A stretch of 46,733 nucleotides of DNA from a virus (Duplodnaviria > Heunggongvirae > Uroviricota > Caudoviricetes), in IMG/VR virus record IMGVR_UViG_2721755711_000001; one strand, given 5' to 3'. The notes beneath the pieces were generated by a model. That model was not told the origin of the DNA. It saw nothing but the letters and a program-made list of their open reading frames with translations, and did not search any database. This document shows, piece by piece, positions 30,583 through 41,179 of the stretch. Position 1 is the stretch's first letter; every line of letters starts with the position of its first letter. The position numbers and the translations under genes were made by a program.

Positions 30583-31635
30583 ATGTGGTGTGAGAAAATA
30601 ATTTATCTTTTTGTTTTTATATCAGGTTGTTCATTTGCATATGAACCTTGTCGTGATATGCAAATATTGTGGCAGTTAGATGGTAACAATGTTACTATTC
30701 CGGATGTAACAATTTCCTCAGGAAACACAGCAAGTTATTTTGATATTGTATTGCCCGGTCTGGCACCAAGAACGTCTGCAGTTGTTAGCTGGGTCCAGCG
30801 TCATAATGTGCCTGTTAGCTCGCCGGTTAAGATTCTTTCGGGTAAAGGCTCAAAGAGTCAGGCAACATGGATTGCGATGCCAGTTGATAGTAATAACATA
30901 CGATTGGGTAATGGTCTGAAAGGGAGTATTCAGATTATTTCCGGGGGGTATAATAAACGTGGTATTTATAATGGTTATCAGACTTACGTTGGTGTTTATG
31001 ATAACTATGATTGGTATGACAGACCATTCCCAGAAGGAGAAATTGTCCCGGGATACAGATATCCTCTGGTATATAACAACTTTCAGAGTACCAAATTGAG
31101 GGTAACGATAGAGAGGGGCAGTGCTTTAGCCGGAATATATGATTTAAACATTCCGCTAAAAATAGGATCTGAGGAATGGTATAAGGGGGAAAAATATTGT
31201 TCTGATGGTGGGGGTGTTGAGTCTGCAGTAGTTAATATGGAGAACAGATATGCCCCTGTAAGAGTGAATGTTCTGGCATCCTGTAATATAGCAGGGAATA
31301 AAGATATATCAATAAATCATAATGCAATAACATCAGCCCAGGCTCGTGATGGACACTTTGCTAAGGCCGGATTAGTGATTAATTGCAGTTCACCAACCAG
31401 AGTAGATATAACCATTAAAGGTAGTAATCTAATATCAGGGGAAGGGGGGAATGTAACTCGATGTGGAGATAATGGAAAGTGCACATTGACTGTTGATGGT
31501 GCGAAGGAATTTTCGGGGGTTATCAGTGGAAGTAGAACATTTGATATAACGTCACAATATAGGGTTATAGATACAAACAGAATTGATGCTGGATCGTTTT
31601 CTGGCAGTGCGATAGCTACCGTATTGATGCAGTAA
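30583..31635 (+). CDS. Putative surface lipoprotein, Gly/Asn/Ser-rich, unknown function
   Basis: Signal peptide with lipobox FISGC; start at MWCEK within ORF 30520..31635; AT-rich. Confidence 0.45.
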   Translation: MWCEKIIYLFVFISGCSFAYEPCRDMQILWQLDGNNVTIPDVTISSGNTASYFDIVLPGLAPRTSAVVSWVQRHNVPVSSPVKILSGKGSKSQATWIAMPVDSNNIRLGNGLKGSIQIISGGYNKRGIYNGYQTYVGVYDNYDWYDRPFPEGEIVPGYRYPLVYNNFQSTKLRVTIERGSALAGIYDLNIPLKIGSEEWYKGEKYCSDGGGVESAVVNMENRYAPVRVNVLASCNIAGNKDISINHNAITSAQARDGHFAKAGLVINCSSPTRVDITIKGSNLISGEGGNVTRCGDNGKCTLTVDGAKEFSGVISGSRTFDITSQYRVIDTNRIDAGSFSGSAIATVLMQ

Positions 31636-31809
31636 TCACATCTTTCATTAGCTTGTCCTTTGTTAGTTGTTATCATGTTAATGATGTGATTTGTCGAAAG
31701 TTTTGACGATAATTAATTCTTTTTCTTCTCTGAATCTGTAGGGGGATGTATGATAGTTCTTACTATTGTAAAAATACTCCTCCTAGAGATTATATGGTTG
31801 GTATTACGC

Positions 31810-31959
31810 TGGATTTGCCCCTATATTTCCAGACATCTGTTATCACTTAACCCATTACAGGTTCGCTGTCGTAGATATTCCCGTGGCGAGCGATAATCCA
31901 GCGCACTATGCGGATGCCATTCGTTATAATGCTCGAACGCCTCTGCAAGGTTCTTTACT
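31810..31959 (-). mobile_element. IS2 right-end remnant (orfB 3' end plus terminal repeat)
   Basis: Minus strand encodes ...[30 protein letters not shown] and ends in the IS2 terminal repeat (TGGATTTGCCCCTATATTTCCAGACATCTGTTATCACTTAACCCATTACA on plus), as recalled. Confidence 0.7.
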
Positions 31960-32980
31960 TGTGTGATTCATAGACATCGTTTCACTATAATGCCTTACTA
32001 TGAACAGGGAAATTCAGCAGCGGCTACAGTGGGTAAAACTCTATGAAACGTCTGGTGACGCGGGGTTCGTATGCCGTCGCTGCGGTATTTCCCGCCCCAC
32101 ATTGCGTAAATGGTGGCGCAGATATCTGGCTCAGGGCATCGCTGGTCTGGAAAGCCACAGCCGTCGCCCTAAGCGTTCGCCATCAACGAAAACCGGCACT
32201 TGCGAAGTCGCTCTGATTCTGGAGTTACGTTCCCAGCGAAATCTGGGTGCAAGACGGATTCAAAGCGAGTTAAAACGACTTCATTCAATCTCACTTGCAA
32301 TGGCAACAATCCACAAAGTTCTTTGCCAGAATCAGGTTAAACCTGTTGTTAAACTCCGGCGTAAAGCTGATTTCATTCGCTACGAACGCCCTGTTCCCGG
32401 TGATTGGGTTCAGATGGATACCTGTAAAATTGGCCCCGGCTTATATCAGTACACATCTGTTGATGATTGCACTCGCTACAGAGTTCTGAGGCTCTATTCC
32501 CGTCGCACGACTACAAACACACTGGATTTCATTGATTGTTTTATTGAAGAAATGCCGTTCCCGATTCAGCGCTTTCAGACAGACCGGGGAAGAGAGTTTT
32601 TTGCCGTTAAGGTGCAGGAAAGACTGAAAGAATACGGCATCAAGTTTCGTCCAAATAAACCAGCATCACCCCATCTTAATGGCAAAGTTGAACGCTCCCA
32701 AAAGACAGACAAAGCTGAGTTTTACGCTACCGTAGATATCGCTACTGATAACTTGGAGGAGCGACTGGCAGAATGGCAGCATTACTATAACTGGGAACGT
32801 CCTCATTGCGCTCACAACGGTAAAACGCCGATGGAGCGCTACTTTGAACTTGCTGAGAAAACGCCATACTCGGATGCCGTTCACGCAAGCTATCAGCCCA
32901 ATGAGGAGCATATTCAGGAACAGAATTACAAGCTTGAACTTGAGCTGAGGAAATTGAAACGATGTCTATGAATCACACAC
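31960..32980 (+). mobile_element. IS481-family insertion sequence, apparently intact, inserted into the IS2 remnant
   Basis: Terminal inverted repeats TGTGTGATTCATAGACATCGTTTC (31960-31983) and GAAACGATGTCTATGAATCACACA (32956-32979) flank one transposase ORF. Confidence 0.7.
32000..32971 (+). CDS. IS481-family DDE transposase (N-terminal HTH plus integrase core)
   Basis: 323 aa; HTH (CGISRPTLRKWWRRY) and rve-type core; ORF ends inside the right inverted repeat. Confidence 0.75.
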   Translation: MNREIQQRLQWVKLYETSGDAGFVCRRCGISRPTLRKWWRRYLAQGIAGLESHSRRPKRSPSTKTGTCEVALILELRSQRNLGARRIQSELKRLHSISLAMATIHKVLCQNQVKPVVKLRRKADFIRYERPVPGDWVQMDTCKIGPGLYQYTSVDDCTRYRVLRLYSRRTTTNTLDFIDCFIEEMPFPIQRFQTDRGREFFAVKVQERLKEYGIKFRPNKPASPHLNGKVERSQKTDKAEFYATVDIATDNLEERLAEWQHYYNWERPHCAHNGKTPMERYFELAEKTPYSDAVHASYQPNEEHIQEQNYKLELELRKLKRCL

Positions 32981-33144
32981 ATAAATACTATTTTGATGAA
33001 AATTATTATATGTCACCTCGGATTTTAATCAGGCGCCCAGATTAAATCAAGTATTGAGCGCCTGATTATGTTTATTCGTTAATATCTGTCATTGATTGTC
33101 TTATTATCAGCTACCCCGTATTAATCAGAGTTTTCATTTATTTT

Positions 33145-33303
33145 TTATGCATAATCAGATGCCGCCTCATCATTATCCTCAGTATTATCATAGCCGAAAA
33201 CTTCCCCCGGGCACGGGCGTTCACGATAATAGTCATCGTCATAGTTTTCATCGTCAGATAATGATATGTCGTATTCTGAATATGATTCACTACAATTATA
33301 CAT
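33145..33303 (-). CDS. Possible small, highly acidic Asp/Glu/Tyr-rich protein
   Basis: 52-codon ORF read by eye; below ORF-track cutoff; no RBS verified. Confidence 0.25.
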   Translation of the reverse strand: MYNCSESYSEYDISLSDDENYDDDYYRERPCPGEVFGYDNTEDNDEAASDYA

Positions 33304-33633
33304 AAAATCATCTCCTCTGGGATGGTTACAATAATTAGTGAGTTTATTCGAAAAAATAATGAGCGCCAGACCAATCCACCCGACTTTTGATTATAATCAT
33401 GAAGATACCTGTCTCAGTACAAATAGAATCAAACTCAATGCAGCATGATTCACCTTTATATTCTCTCAGGGAAACCCAATACCACTACTCAACTATTAAG
33501 AACAAAATTCTGGAGGTATGATTATCAGAAGATACCTGCATCCTAAATAATTTCAGACAGATATTATCGTTGTGAATCCCCCGCCACTTTTCCAGTGCGC
33601 GGGGTTTTGTCTTTTTTCACCGGGAATACATAT

Positions 33634-34506
33634 ATGAATCCGTCTGATGCCATTGAGGCAATTGAAAAACCGCTCTCCTCCTTGCCTTACTCACTTTCCC
33701 GTCACATCCTGGAACATCTGCGCAAACTCACCAGCCACGAACCCGTGATTGGCATTATGGGAAAAAGCGGGGCCGGTAAATCCTCACTCTGTAATGCACT
33801 GTTTCAGGGGGAGGTCACCCCGGTCAGTGATGTTCACGCCGGCACCCGGGAAGTGCGGCGCTTCCGTCTGAGTGGCCATGGTCACAGCATGGTTATCACT
33901 GACCTGCCCGGGGTGGGCGAGAGCCGTGACAGGGATGCAGAGTATGAAGCCCTGTACCGTGACATTCTGCTTGGACTGGACCTGGTGCTCTGGCTGATTA
34001 AAGCCGATGACCGTGCCCTGTCTGTGGATGAGTATTTCTGGCGACACATACTGCACCGGGGACATCAGCAGGTGCTGTTTGTGGTGACGCAGGCCGACAA
34101 AACGGAGCCCTGCCATGAATGGGATATGGCCGGCATTCAGCCTTCTCCCGCACAGGCACAGAACATTCGCGAAAAAACGGAGGCGGTATTCCGTCTGTTC
34201 CGGCCCGTACATCCGGTTGTTGCCGTATCGGCCCGCACCGGCTGGGAACTGGATACGCTGGTCAGTGCGCTCATGACAGCGCTTCCCGACCATGCCGCCA
34301 GTCCCCTGATGACCCGCCTGCAGGACGAGCTGCGCACGGAATCTGTCCGGTCTCAGGCCCGTGAACAGTTTACCGGTGCGGTGGACCGGATATTTGACAC
34401 GGCGGAGAGCGTCTGTATTGCCTCTGTTGCACGCACGGTTCTGCGGGCCGTCCGTGACTCGGTGGTCTCTGTTGCCCGCGCTGTATGGAACTGGATTTTC
34501 TTCTGA
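33634..34506 (+). CDS. yeeP: YeeP/YkfA/YfjP-family GTPase (island-associated)
   Basis: P-loop GIMGKSGAGKSS; start at the MNPSD ATG within ORF 33595..34506; appears full length. Confidence 0.8.
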   Translation: MNPSDAIEAIEKPLSSLPYSLSRHILEHLRKLTSHEPVIGIMGKSGAGKSSLCNALFQGEVTPVSDVHAGTREVRRFRLSGHGHSMVITDLPGVGESRDRDAEYEALYRDILLGLDLVLWLIKADDRALSVDEYFWRHILHRGHQQVLFVVTQADKTEPCHEWDMAGIQPSPAQAQNIREKTEAVFRLFRPVHPVVAVSARTGWELDTLVSALMTALPDHAASPLMTRLQDELRTESVRSQAREQFTGAVDRIFDTAESVCIASVARTVLRAVRDSVVSVARAVWNWIFF

Positions 34507-34599
34507 ACAGTCTGCCAGGGGAAATGCCTGATTACATTGCGTTAACCAACTGAAAACATGATACAAACACCTCATGCCCCTCCTGTTTCTCTTGCGTGA

Positions 34600-34680
34600 C
34601 TGCTCCGCTGTTAATAGAATAAAACGATCGATAAAACAGGTATCGATCGTTGGTATCGATCGTTTATGGTGGTTAATGGC
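34600..34680 (+). promoter_or_regulatory. Ag43 phase-variation switch: three Dam GATC sites (expected OxyR-binding region)
   Basis: GATC at 34626, 34645 and 34658 in AACGATCGATAAAACAGGTATCGATCGTTGGTATCGATCG, upstream of the Ag43 start. Confidence 0.7.
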
Positions 34681-34875
34681 CTGCGAAAAGGCAGCTGAAT
34701 CTCTTCATCATGCAGAACGGAATTGCACACAACGGACTGAAACTTCTCTGCCTGATGAAGGGTGAGAGCGTTTACGCCCGGGGCGTATCGCTCTGCCCGA
34801 TAACTCTGTTTTGTACCTGCCGGTATCCACTTTTGTGGATACCGGCTTTTTTTATTCACCCTCTGTAAGGAAAAG

Positions 34876-37728
34876 TTGATGAAACGACATCTGAACACCA
34901 GCTACAGGCTGGTATGGAATCACATTACGGGCACCCTGGTGGTGGCTTCCGAACTGGCCCGCTCACGGGGAAAACGCACCGGTGTGGCAGTTGCTCTGTC
35001 TCTTGCTACTGTCACGTCAGTCCCGGCACTGGCTGCTGACACGGTTGTACAGGCGGGAGAAACCGTGAGCGGCGGAACACTGGAAAATCATGACAACCAG
35101 ATTGTCTTCGGTACGGCCAACGGAATGACCATCAGTACCGGGCTGGAACTGGGGCCGGACAGTGAAGAAAACACCGGTGGGCAATGGATACAGAATGGCG
35201 GGATAGCCGGAAACACCACTGTCACCACAAATGGTCGTCAGGTCGTGCTGGAGGGGGGAACAGCCAGTGATACGGTTATTCGTGACGGCGGGGGACAGAG
35301 CCTGAATGGGCTGGCGGTGAACACCACGCTGAATAACAGAGGCGAGCAGTGGGTTCATGAGGGCGGGGTTGCCACCGGTACAATTATCAACCGCGACGGT
35401 TACCAGAGCGTTAAAAGTGGCGGGCTGGCAACAGGAACCATCATCAACACCGGCGCAGAAGGCGGCCCGGATTCTGACAACTCGTACACGGGTCAGAAGG
35501 TCCAGGGAACAGCAGAATCCACCACCATCAACAAAAATGGACGGCAGATTATCTTATTTTCCGGGATAGCCCGTGACACTCTCATTTACGCAGGTGGTGA
35601 CCAGTCGGTACACGGAAGGGCCCTGAATACCACACTGAATGGCGGTTACCAGTATGTGCACAAGGACGGACTTGCGCTGAACACGGTAATTAACGAGGGG
35701 GGCTGGCAGGTTGTTAAGGCAGGTGGTGCTGTCGGTAACACCACCATAAATCAGAACGGTGAACTGAGGGTACATGCCGGCGGGGAAGCCACTGCAGTCA
35801 CCCAGAACACGGGCGGTGCACTGGTTACCAGTACTGCTGCAACTGTCACCGGCACAAACCGCCTGGGGCATTTCTCCGTGGGAAATGGCATGGCAGATAA
35901 CGTCGTTCTGGAAAATGGCGGTCGCCTGGATGTACTGGAAGGCCATTCAGCGCAGAAAACACGGGTGGATGACGGCGGAACCCTGGCAGTGTCTGCCGGT
36001 GGTAAGGCAACAGATGTCACCATGACATCCGGTGGTGCCCTGATAGCAGACAGTGGTGCCACTGTTGAGGGGACCAATGCCAGCGGTAAGTTCAGTATTG
36101 ATGGCATATCCGGTCAGGCCAGCGGCCTGCTGCTGGAAAATGGCGGCAGCTTTACGGTTAATGCCGGGGGACAGGCTGGCAACACCACTGTCGGACATCG
36201 TGGAACACTGACGCTGGCTGCCGGGGGAAGTCTGAGTGGCAGAACACAGCTCAGTAAAGGCGCCAGTATGGTACTGAATGGTGATGTGGTCAGTACCGGC
36301 GATATTGTTAACGCAGGAGAGATTCACTTTGATAATCAGACGACACAGGAAGCCGCGCTGAGCCGTGCTGTTGCAAAAGGCGACTCCCCGGTAACGTTCC
36401 ATAAACTGACCACCAGTAACCTCACCGGCCAGGGCGGCACCATCAATATGCGTGTCAGCCTTGATGGCAGCAATGCCTCTGACCAGCTGGTGATTAATGG
36501 TGGTCAGGCAACCGGCAAAACCTGGCTTGCGTTTACAAATGTCGGAAACAGTAACCTCGGGGTGGCAACCACCGGACAGGGTATCCGGGTTGTGGATGCA
36601 CAGAATGGTGCAACCACAGAAGAAGGTGCGTTTGCCCTGAGTCGTCCGCTTCAGGCCGGCGCCTTTAACTACACCCTGAACCGTGACAACGATGAAGACT
36701 GGTACCTGCGCAGTGAAAATGCTTATCGTGCTGAAGTCCCCCTGTATGCCTCCATGCTGACACAGGCAATGGACTATGACCGGATTCTGGCAGGCTCCCG
36801 CAGCCATCAGACCGGTGTAAATGGTGAAAACAACAGCGTCCGTTTCAGCATTCAGGGCGGTCATCTCGGGCACGATAACAACGGTGGTATTGCCCGTGGG
36901 GCCACGCCGGAAAGCAGCGGCAGCTATGGCCTCGTCCGTCTGGAGGGTGACCTGCTGAGAACAGAGGTTGCCGGTATGTCACTGACGACAGGAGTGTATG
37001 GTGCTGCAGGCCATTCTTCCGTTGATGTTAAGGATGATGACGGCTCCCGTGCCGGCACGGTCCGGGATGATGCCGGCAGTCTGGGCGGATACCTGAATCT
37101 GGCACACACGTCCTCCGGCCTGTGGGCTGACATTGTGGCCCAGGGAACCCGCCACAGCATGAAAGCGTCATCGGACAATAACGACTTCCGCGCCCGGGGC
37201 TGGGGCTGGCTGGGCTCACTGGAAACCGGTCTGCCCTTCAGTATCACTGACAATCTGATGCTGGAGCCACAACTGCAGTACACCTGGCAGGGAGTCTCCC
37301 TGGATGACGGCCAGGATAACGCCGGTTATGTGAAGTTCGGGCATGGCAGTGCACAACATATGCGTGCCGGTTTCCGTCTGGGCAGCCACAACGATATGAC
37401 CTTTGGCGAAGGCACCTCATCCCGTGCCCCCCTGCGTGACAGTGCAAAACACAGTGTGAGTGAATTACCGGTGAACTGGTGGGTACAGCCTTCTGTTATC
37501 CGCACCTTCAGCTCCCGGGGAGACATGAGCATGGGTACAGCCGCAGCCGGCAGTAACATGACGTTCTCACCGTCACAGAATGGTACGTCACTGGACCTGC
37601 AGGCCGGACTGGAAGCCCGTGTCCGGGAAAACATCACCCTGGGCGTTCAGGCTGGTTATGTCCACAGCGTCAGCGGCAGCAGCGCTGAAGGCTATAACGG
37701 TCAGGCCACGCTGAATGTGACCTTCTGA
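34876..37728 (+). CDS. flu: Antigen 43-family self-associating autotransporter adhesin
   Basis: 950 aa; extended signal peptide MKRHLNTSYRLVWNHITGTLVVASELARS; repetitive Gly/Thr/Asn passenger; C-terminal beta-barrel ending NVTF. Confidence 0.9.
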   Translation: MMKRHLNTSYRLVWNHITGTLVVASELARSRGKRTGVAVALSLATVTSVPALAADTVVQAGETVSGGTLENHDNQIVFGTANGMTISTGLELGPDSEENTGGQWIQNGGIAGNTTVTTNGRQVVLEGGTASDTVIRDGGGQSLNGLAVNTTLNNRGEQWVHEGGVATGTIINRDGYQSVKSGGLATGTIINTGAEGGPDSDNSYTGQKVQGTAESTTINKNGRQIILFSGIARDTLIYAGGDQSVHGRALNTTLNGGYQYVHKDGLALNTVINEGGWQVVKAGGAVGNTTINQNGELRVHAGGEATAVTQNTGGALVTSTAATVTGTNRLGHFSVGNGMADNVVLENGGRLDVLEGHSAQKTRVDDGGTLAVSAGGKATDVTMTSGGALIADSGATVEGTNASGKFSIDGISGQASGLLLENGGSFTVNAGGQAGNTTVGHRGTLTLAAGGSLSGRTQLSKGASMVLNGDVVSTGDIVNAGEIHFDNQTTQEAALSRAVAKGDSPVTFHKLTTSNLTGQGGTINMRVSLDGSNASDQLVINGGQATGKTWLAFTNVGNSNLGVATTGQGIRVVDAQNGATTEEGAFALSRPLQAGAFNYTLNRDNDEDWYLRSENAYRAEVPLYASMLTQAMDYDRILAGSRSHQTGVNGENNSVRFSIQGGHLGHDNNGGIARGATPESSGSYGLVRLEGDLLRTEVAGMSLTTGVYGAAGHSSVDVKDDDGSRAGTVRDDAGSLGGYLNLAHTSSGLWADIVAQGTRHSMKASSDNNDFRARGWGWLGSLETGLPFSITDNLMLEPQLQYTWQGVSLDDGQDNAGYVKFGHGSAQHMRAGFRLGSHNDMTFGEGTSSRAPLRDSAKHSVSELPVNWWVQPSVIRTFSSRGDMSMGTAAAGSNMTFSPSQNGTSLDLQAGLEARVRENITLGVQAGYVHSVSGSSAEGYNGQATLNVTF

Positions 37729-37842
37729 CAGAACCATCGCCTCTCTGTGGTCCCGGTCATCATGATCGGGACCCGGACCGGCGCAACGGATATTCAACGC
37801 CACATTCGCTGGCATTAACAATAACATGATATTCATCACGGA

Positions 37843-40365
37843 GTGACTATGTTACAGATAGTCGGCGCGCTGATCCTGCTGATCGCAGGATTTGCCATTC
37901 TTCGCCTTTTGTTCAGAGCATTAATCAGCACGGCTTCTGCGCTGGCAGGGCTCATATTGCTGTGTCTGTTCGGCCCGGCCTTACTGGCTGGCTATATCAC
38001 CGAACGCATAACCCGGTTGTTCCATATTCGCTGGCTGGCAGGCGTATTTCTGACGATTGCCGGAATGATCATCAGCTTCATGTGGGGACTTGATGGTAAA
38101 CATATTGCGCTGGAGGCTCACACCTTTGACTCCGTGAAATTTATTCTGACCACCGCTCTCGCCGGTGGTCTGCTGGCTGTTCCCCTGCAGATCAAAAACA
38201 TTCAGCAGAACGGGATCACACCAGAAGATATCAGCAAGGAAATTAACGGATATTACTGCTGTTTTTATACTGCCTTTTTCCTTATGGCGTGTTCTGCATG
38301 CGCACCATTGATCGCGTTACAGTACGATATTTCACCGTCACTGATGTGGTGGGGCGGGTTGTTGTACTGGCTGGCTGCATTAGTGACGCTGCTATGGGCG
38401 GCCAGCCAAATCCAGGCGCTGAAAAAACTGACCTGTGCCATCAGCCAGACACTGGAAGAACAACCGGTGCTCAACAGTAAATCGTGGCTGACCAGTTTGC
38501 AAAACGATTACAGCCTTCCTGACTCACTGACGGAGCGCATCTGGCTGACGCTCATTTCTCAACGGATTTCCCGGGGAGAGCTGAGGGAATTTGAACTGGC
38601 AGACGGAAACTGGTTACTGAACAATGCCTGGTATGAAAGAAACATGGCAGGGTTTAACGAACAGTTGAAAGAGAACCTGTCATTCACACCTGATGAACTG
38701 AAAACGCTCTTCCGGAACCGCCTGAATTTATCACCGGAAGCGAATGACGATTTTCTCGATCGTTGCCTGGACGGCGGTGACTGGTATCCCTTTTCAGAAG
38801 GTCGCCGTTTTGTATCATTCCATCACGTGGATGAGCTTCGTATCTGTGCCTCCTGCGGGCTGACAGAAGTACATCATGCCCCGGAAAATCATAAGCCGGA
38901 TCCGGAATGGTACTGCTCCTCTCTTTGTCGTGAAACAGAAACACTGTGTCAGGAAATTTATGAACGCCCTTACAACAGCTTTATTTCCGATGCAACGGCG
39001 AATGGTCTGATTCTCATGAAACTGCCGGAAACCTGGAGTACAAATGAGAAAATGTTTGCTTCCGGAGGGCAGGGACATGGGTTTGCCGCTGAACGGGGAA
39101 ACCATATTGTCGACAGAGTCCGTCTGAAAAACGCACGGATCCTCGGTGATAATAATGCCAGAAATGGAGCAGACAGACTGGTCAGCGGAACAGAAATCCA
39201 GACGAAATATTGTTCAACTGCAGCCCGTAGCGTTGGTGCGGCATTCGACGGACAAAACGGACAGTATCGTTACATGGGAAATAATGGCCCCATGCAACTG
39301 GAAGTCCCCCGTGATCAGTATGCCGGCGCTGTTGAAACCATGAGGAATAAGATCCGCGAAGGTAAAGTACCCGGTGTAACCGATCCCGCAGAAGCGTCCC
39401 GGCTGATTCGTCGGGGACATCTGACTTATACTCAGGCCCGTAATATCACCCGGTTCGGGACCATCGAATCGGTCACTTATGATATTGCCGAGGGTTCGGT
39501 TGTCAGTCTGGCGGCCGGAGGGATCAGTTTTGCCCTGACGGCATCGGTCTTCTGGCTCAGCACCGGCGATCGCGATGCTGCCCTGCAGACAGCTGCTGTC
39601 CAGGCAGGAAAAACCTTCACCCGCACACTGGCTGTCTACGTCACAACCCAGCAACTTCACCGGCTAAGTGTTGTTCAGGGTATGCTGAAGCACATTGATT
39701 TTTCGACGGCCAGTCCGACTGTCCGACTGGCTCTTCAGAAGGGGACCGGTACAGGAAATATCAGTGCCCTGAACAAAGTGATGAAGGGTACGCTGGTGAC
39801 ATCTCTGGCACTGGTAGCTGTCACAACCGGCCCTGACATGATCAAAATGTTGCGGGGACGGATCTCCGGTACGCAGTTCATCAGGAATCTTGCCGTGGCA
39901 TCTTCCGGTGTGGCAGGTGGAGCTGTCGGGTCAGTGGCGGGCGGGATACTGTTCAGTCCACTGGGACCATTTGGTGCACTGACAGGGCGTGTGGTTGGCG
40001 GTGTTCTGGGGGGAATGATTGCCTCCGCTGTATCAGGAAAAATTGCCGGAGCGCTGGTTGAAGAAGATCGCGTCAAAATTCTGGCAATGATTCAGGAACA
40101 GGTGACATGGCTTGCCGGCAGTTTCCTGCTGACCGAACATGAAACAGAAAATCTGAACGCGAATCTGGCCCGTGTTATCGATCAGAATGCTCTGGAGATC
40201 ATTTTCGCCGCCGGTATACAACAACGGGCCGCGACCAATATGTTAATCAAACCACTGGTGGTCAGTATCATCAGGCAACGCCCCGTCATGGAATATGATG
40301 CATCCCATCTCGGCAATATGGTTAACCGGCTGGAAGAAGCATTACCCCCGGAGTTACCGGCATAA
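37843..40365 (+). CDS. yeeR: YeeR-family inner-membrane protein (long form)
   Basis: 840 aa; several N-terminal transmembrane segments; Gly-rich hydrophobic C-terminal region; position directly after flu. Confidence 0.7.
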   Translation: MTMLQIVGALILLIAGFAILRLLFRALISTASALAGLILLCLFGPALLAGYITERITRLFHIRWLAGVFLTIAGMIISFMWGLDGKHIALEAHTFDSVKFILTTALAGGLLAVPLQIKNIQQNGITPEDISKEINGYYCCFYTAFFLMACSACAPLIALQYDISPSLMWWGGLLYWLAALVTLLWAASQIQALKKLTCAISQTLEEQPVLNSKSWLTSLQNDYSLPDSLTERIWLTLISQRISRGELREFELADGNWLLNNAWYERNMAGFNEQLKENLSFTPDELKTLFRNRLNLSPEANDDFLDRCLDGGDWYPFSEGRRFVSFHHVDELRICASCGLTEVHHAPENHKPDPEWYCSSLCRETETLCQEIYERPYNSFISDATANGLILMKLPETWSTNEKMFASGGQGHGFAAERGNHIVDRVRLKNARILGDNNARNGADRLVSGTEIQTKYCSTAARSVGAAFDGQNGQYRYMGNNGPMQLEVPRDQYAGAVETMRNKIREGKVPGVTDPAEASRLIRRGHLTYTQARNITRFGTIESVTYDIAEGSVVSLAAGGISFALTASVFWLSTGDRDAALQTAAVQAGKTFTRTLAVYVTTQQLHRLSVVQGMLKHIDFSTASPTVRLALQKGTGTGNISALNKVMKGTLVTSLALVAVTTGPDMIKMLRGRISGTQFIRNLAVASSGVAGGAVGSVAGGILFSPLGPFGALTGRVVGGVLGGMIASAVSGKIAGALVEEDRVKILAMIQEQVTWLAGSFLLTEHETENLNANLARVIDQNALEIIFAAGIQQRAATNMLIKPLVVSIIRQRPVMEYDASHLGNMVNRLEEALPPELPA

Positions 40366-40440
40366 CGAGTATTCTGCACCTTTTACGTTTTATCACCTGA
40401 TTTGTCAGTGTCATCGTCATGACTCAGAGAGGTAAATACC

Positions 40441-40896
40441 ATGATTCACCTGTTCAAAACCTGCATGATTACCGCCTTCATTCTGGGGTTAACGTGGTCT
40501 GCCCCACTCCGGGCACAGGATCAACGTTACATCAGTATACGCAATACAGATACGATATGGCTCCCGGGAAATATTTGTGCTTACCAGTTCCGGCTGGATA
40601 ATGGCGGAAACGATGAAGGATTTGGCCCCCTCACCATCACTCTGCAACTCAAAGACAAATATGGTCATACGCTGGTGACCAGAAAAATGGAAACGGAAGC
40701 TTTTGGTGACAGTAATGCCACGCGAACCACAGACGCATTTCTGGAAACGGAGTGCGTGGAAAATGTCGCCACAACCGAAATCATTAAAGCAACTGAAGAA
40801 AGTAACGGCCATCGTGTCAGTCTGCCGTTATCGGCTTTCGATCCCCTGGACTACCATCCACTGCTAATTACCGTCTCCGGAAAAAACGTTAACTGA
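40441..40896 (+). CDS. Secreted/periplasmic hypothetical protein
   Basis: Signal peptide ending LRA-QDQ. Confidence 0.5.
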   Translation: MIHLFKTCMITAFILGLTWSAPLRAQDQRYISIRNTDTIWLPGNICAYQFRLDNGGNDEGFGPLTITLQLKDKYGHTLVTRKMETEAFGDSNATRTTDAFLETECVENVATTEIIKATEESNGHRVSLPLSAFDPLDYHPLLITVSGKNVN

Positions 40897-41179
40897 TCCC
40901 TGAAGTCAGTTTCATGCTTCAGCCTCTGTCGCAACGCGTGGCAGAGGCTTTTTATTTATCAGGAGAAAACAGATATGCCGGGTTACACAGAGTATGTCCT
41001 GGCTGAAGGATCTTTCTCATACGGGCAGGCGGTTGCTGTCATAACAGCTTAATGCGTGGCCCGCCCGTGAAGGGTACCTCAGACAATAAACATCATTCAT
41101 TTCATCCATCAGGCCGCGTCTTCTCCGGGAGATGCGGCTTTTTCATTTATACCGCTTAATCATTCATAAGGAGCAGATA

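Noticed and set aside
35947-36873. 308-aa minus-strand ORF, and others (35554..35946, 35751..36107, 36924..37283), inside the Ag43 gene
   Set aside because: They are antisense to a well-supported autotransporter gene in GC-rich repetitive sequence; open frames are expected by chance.
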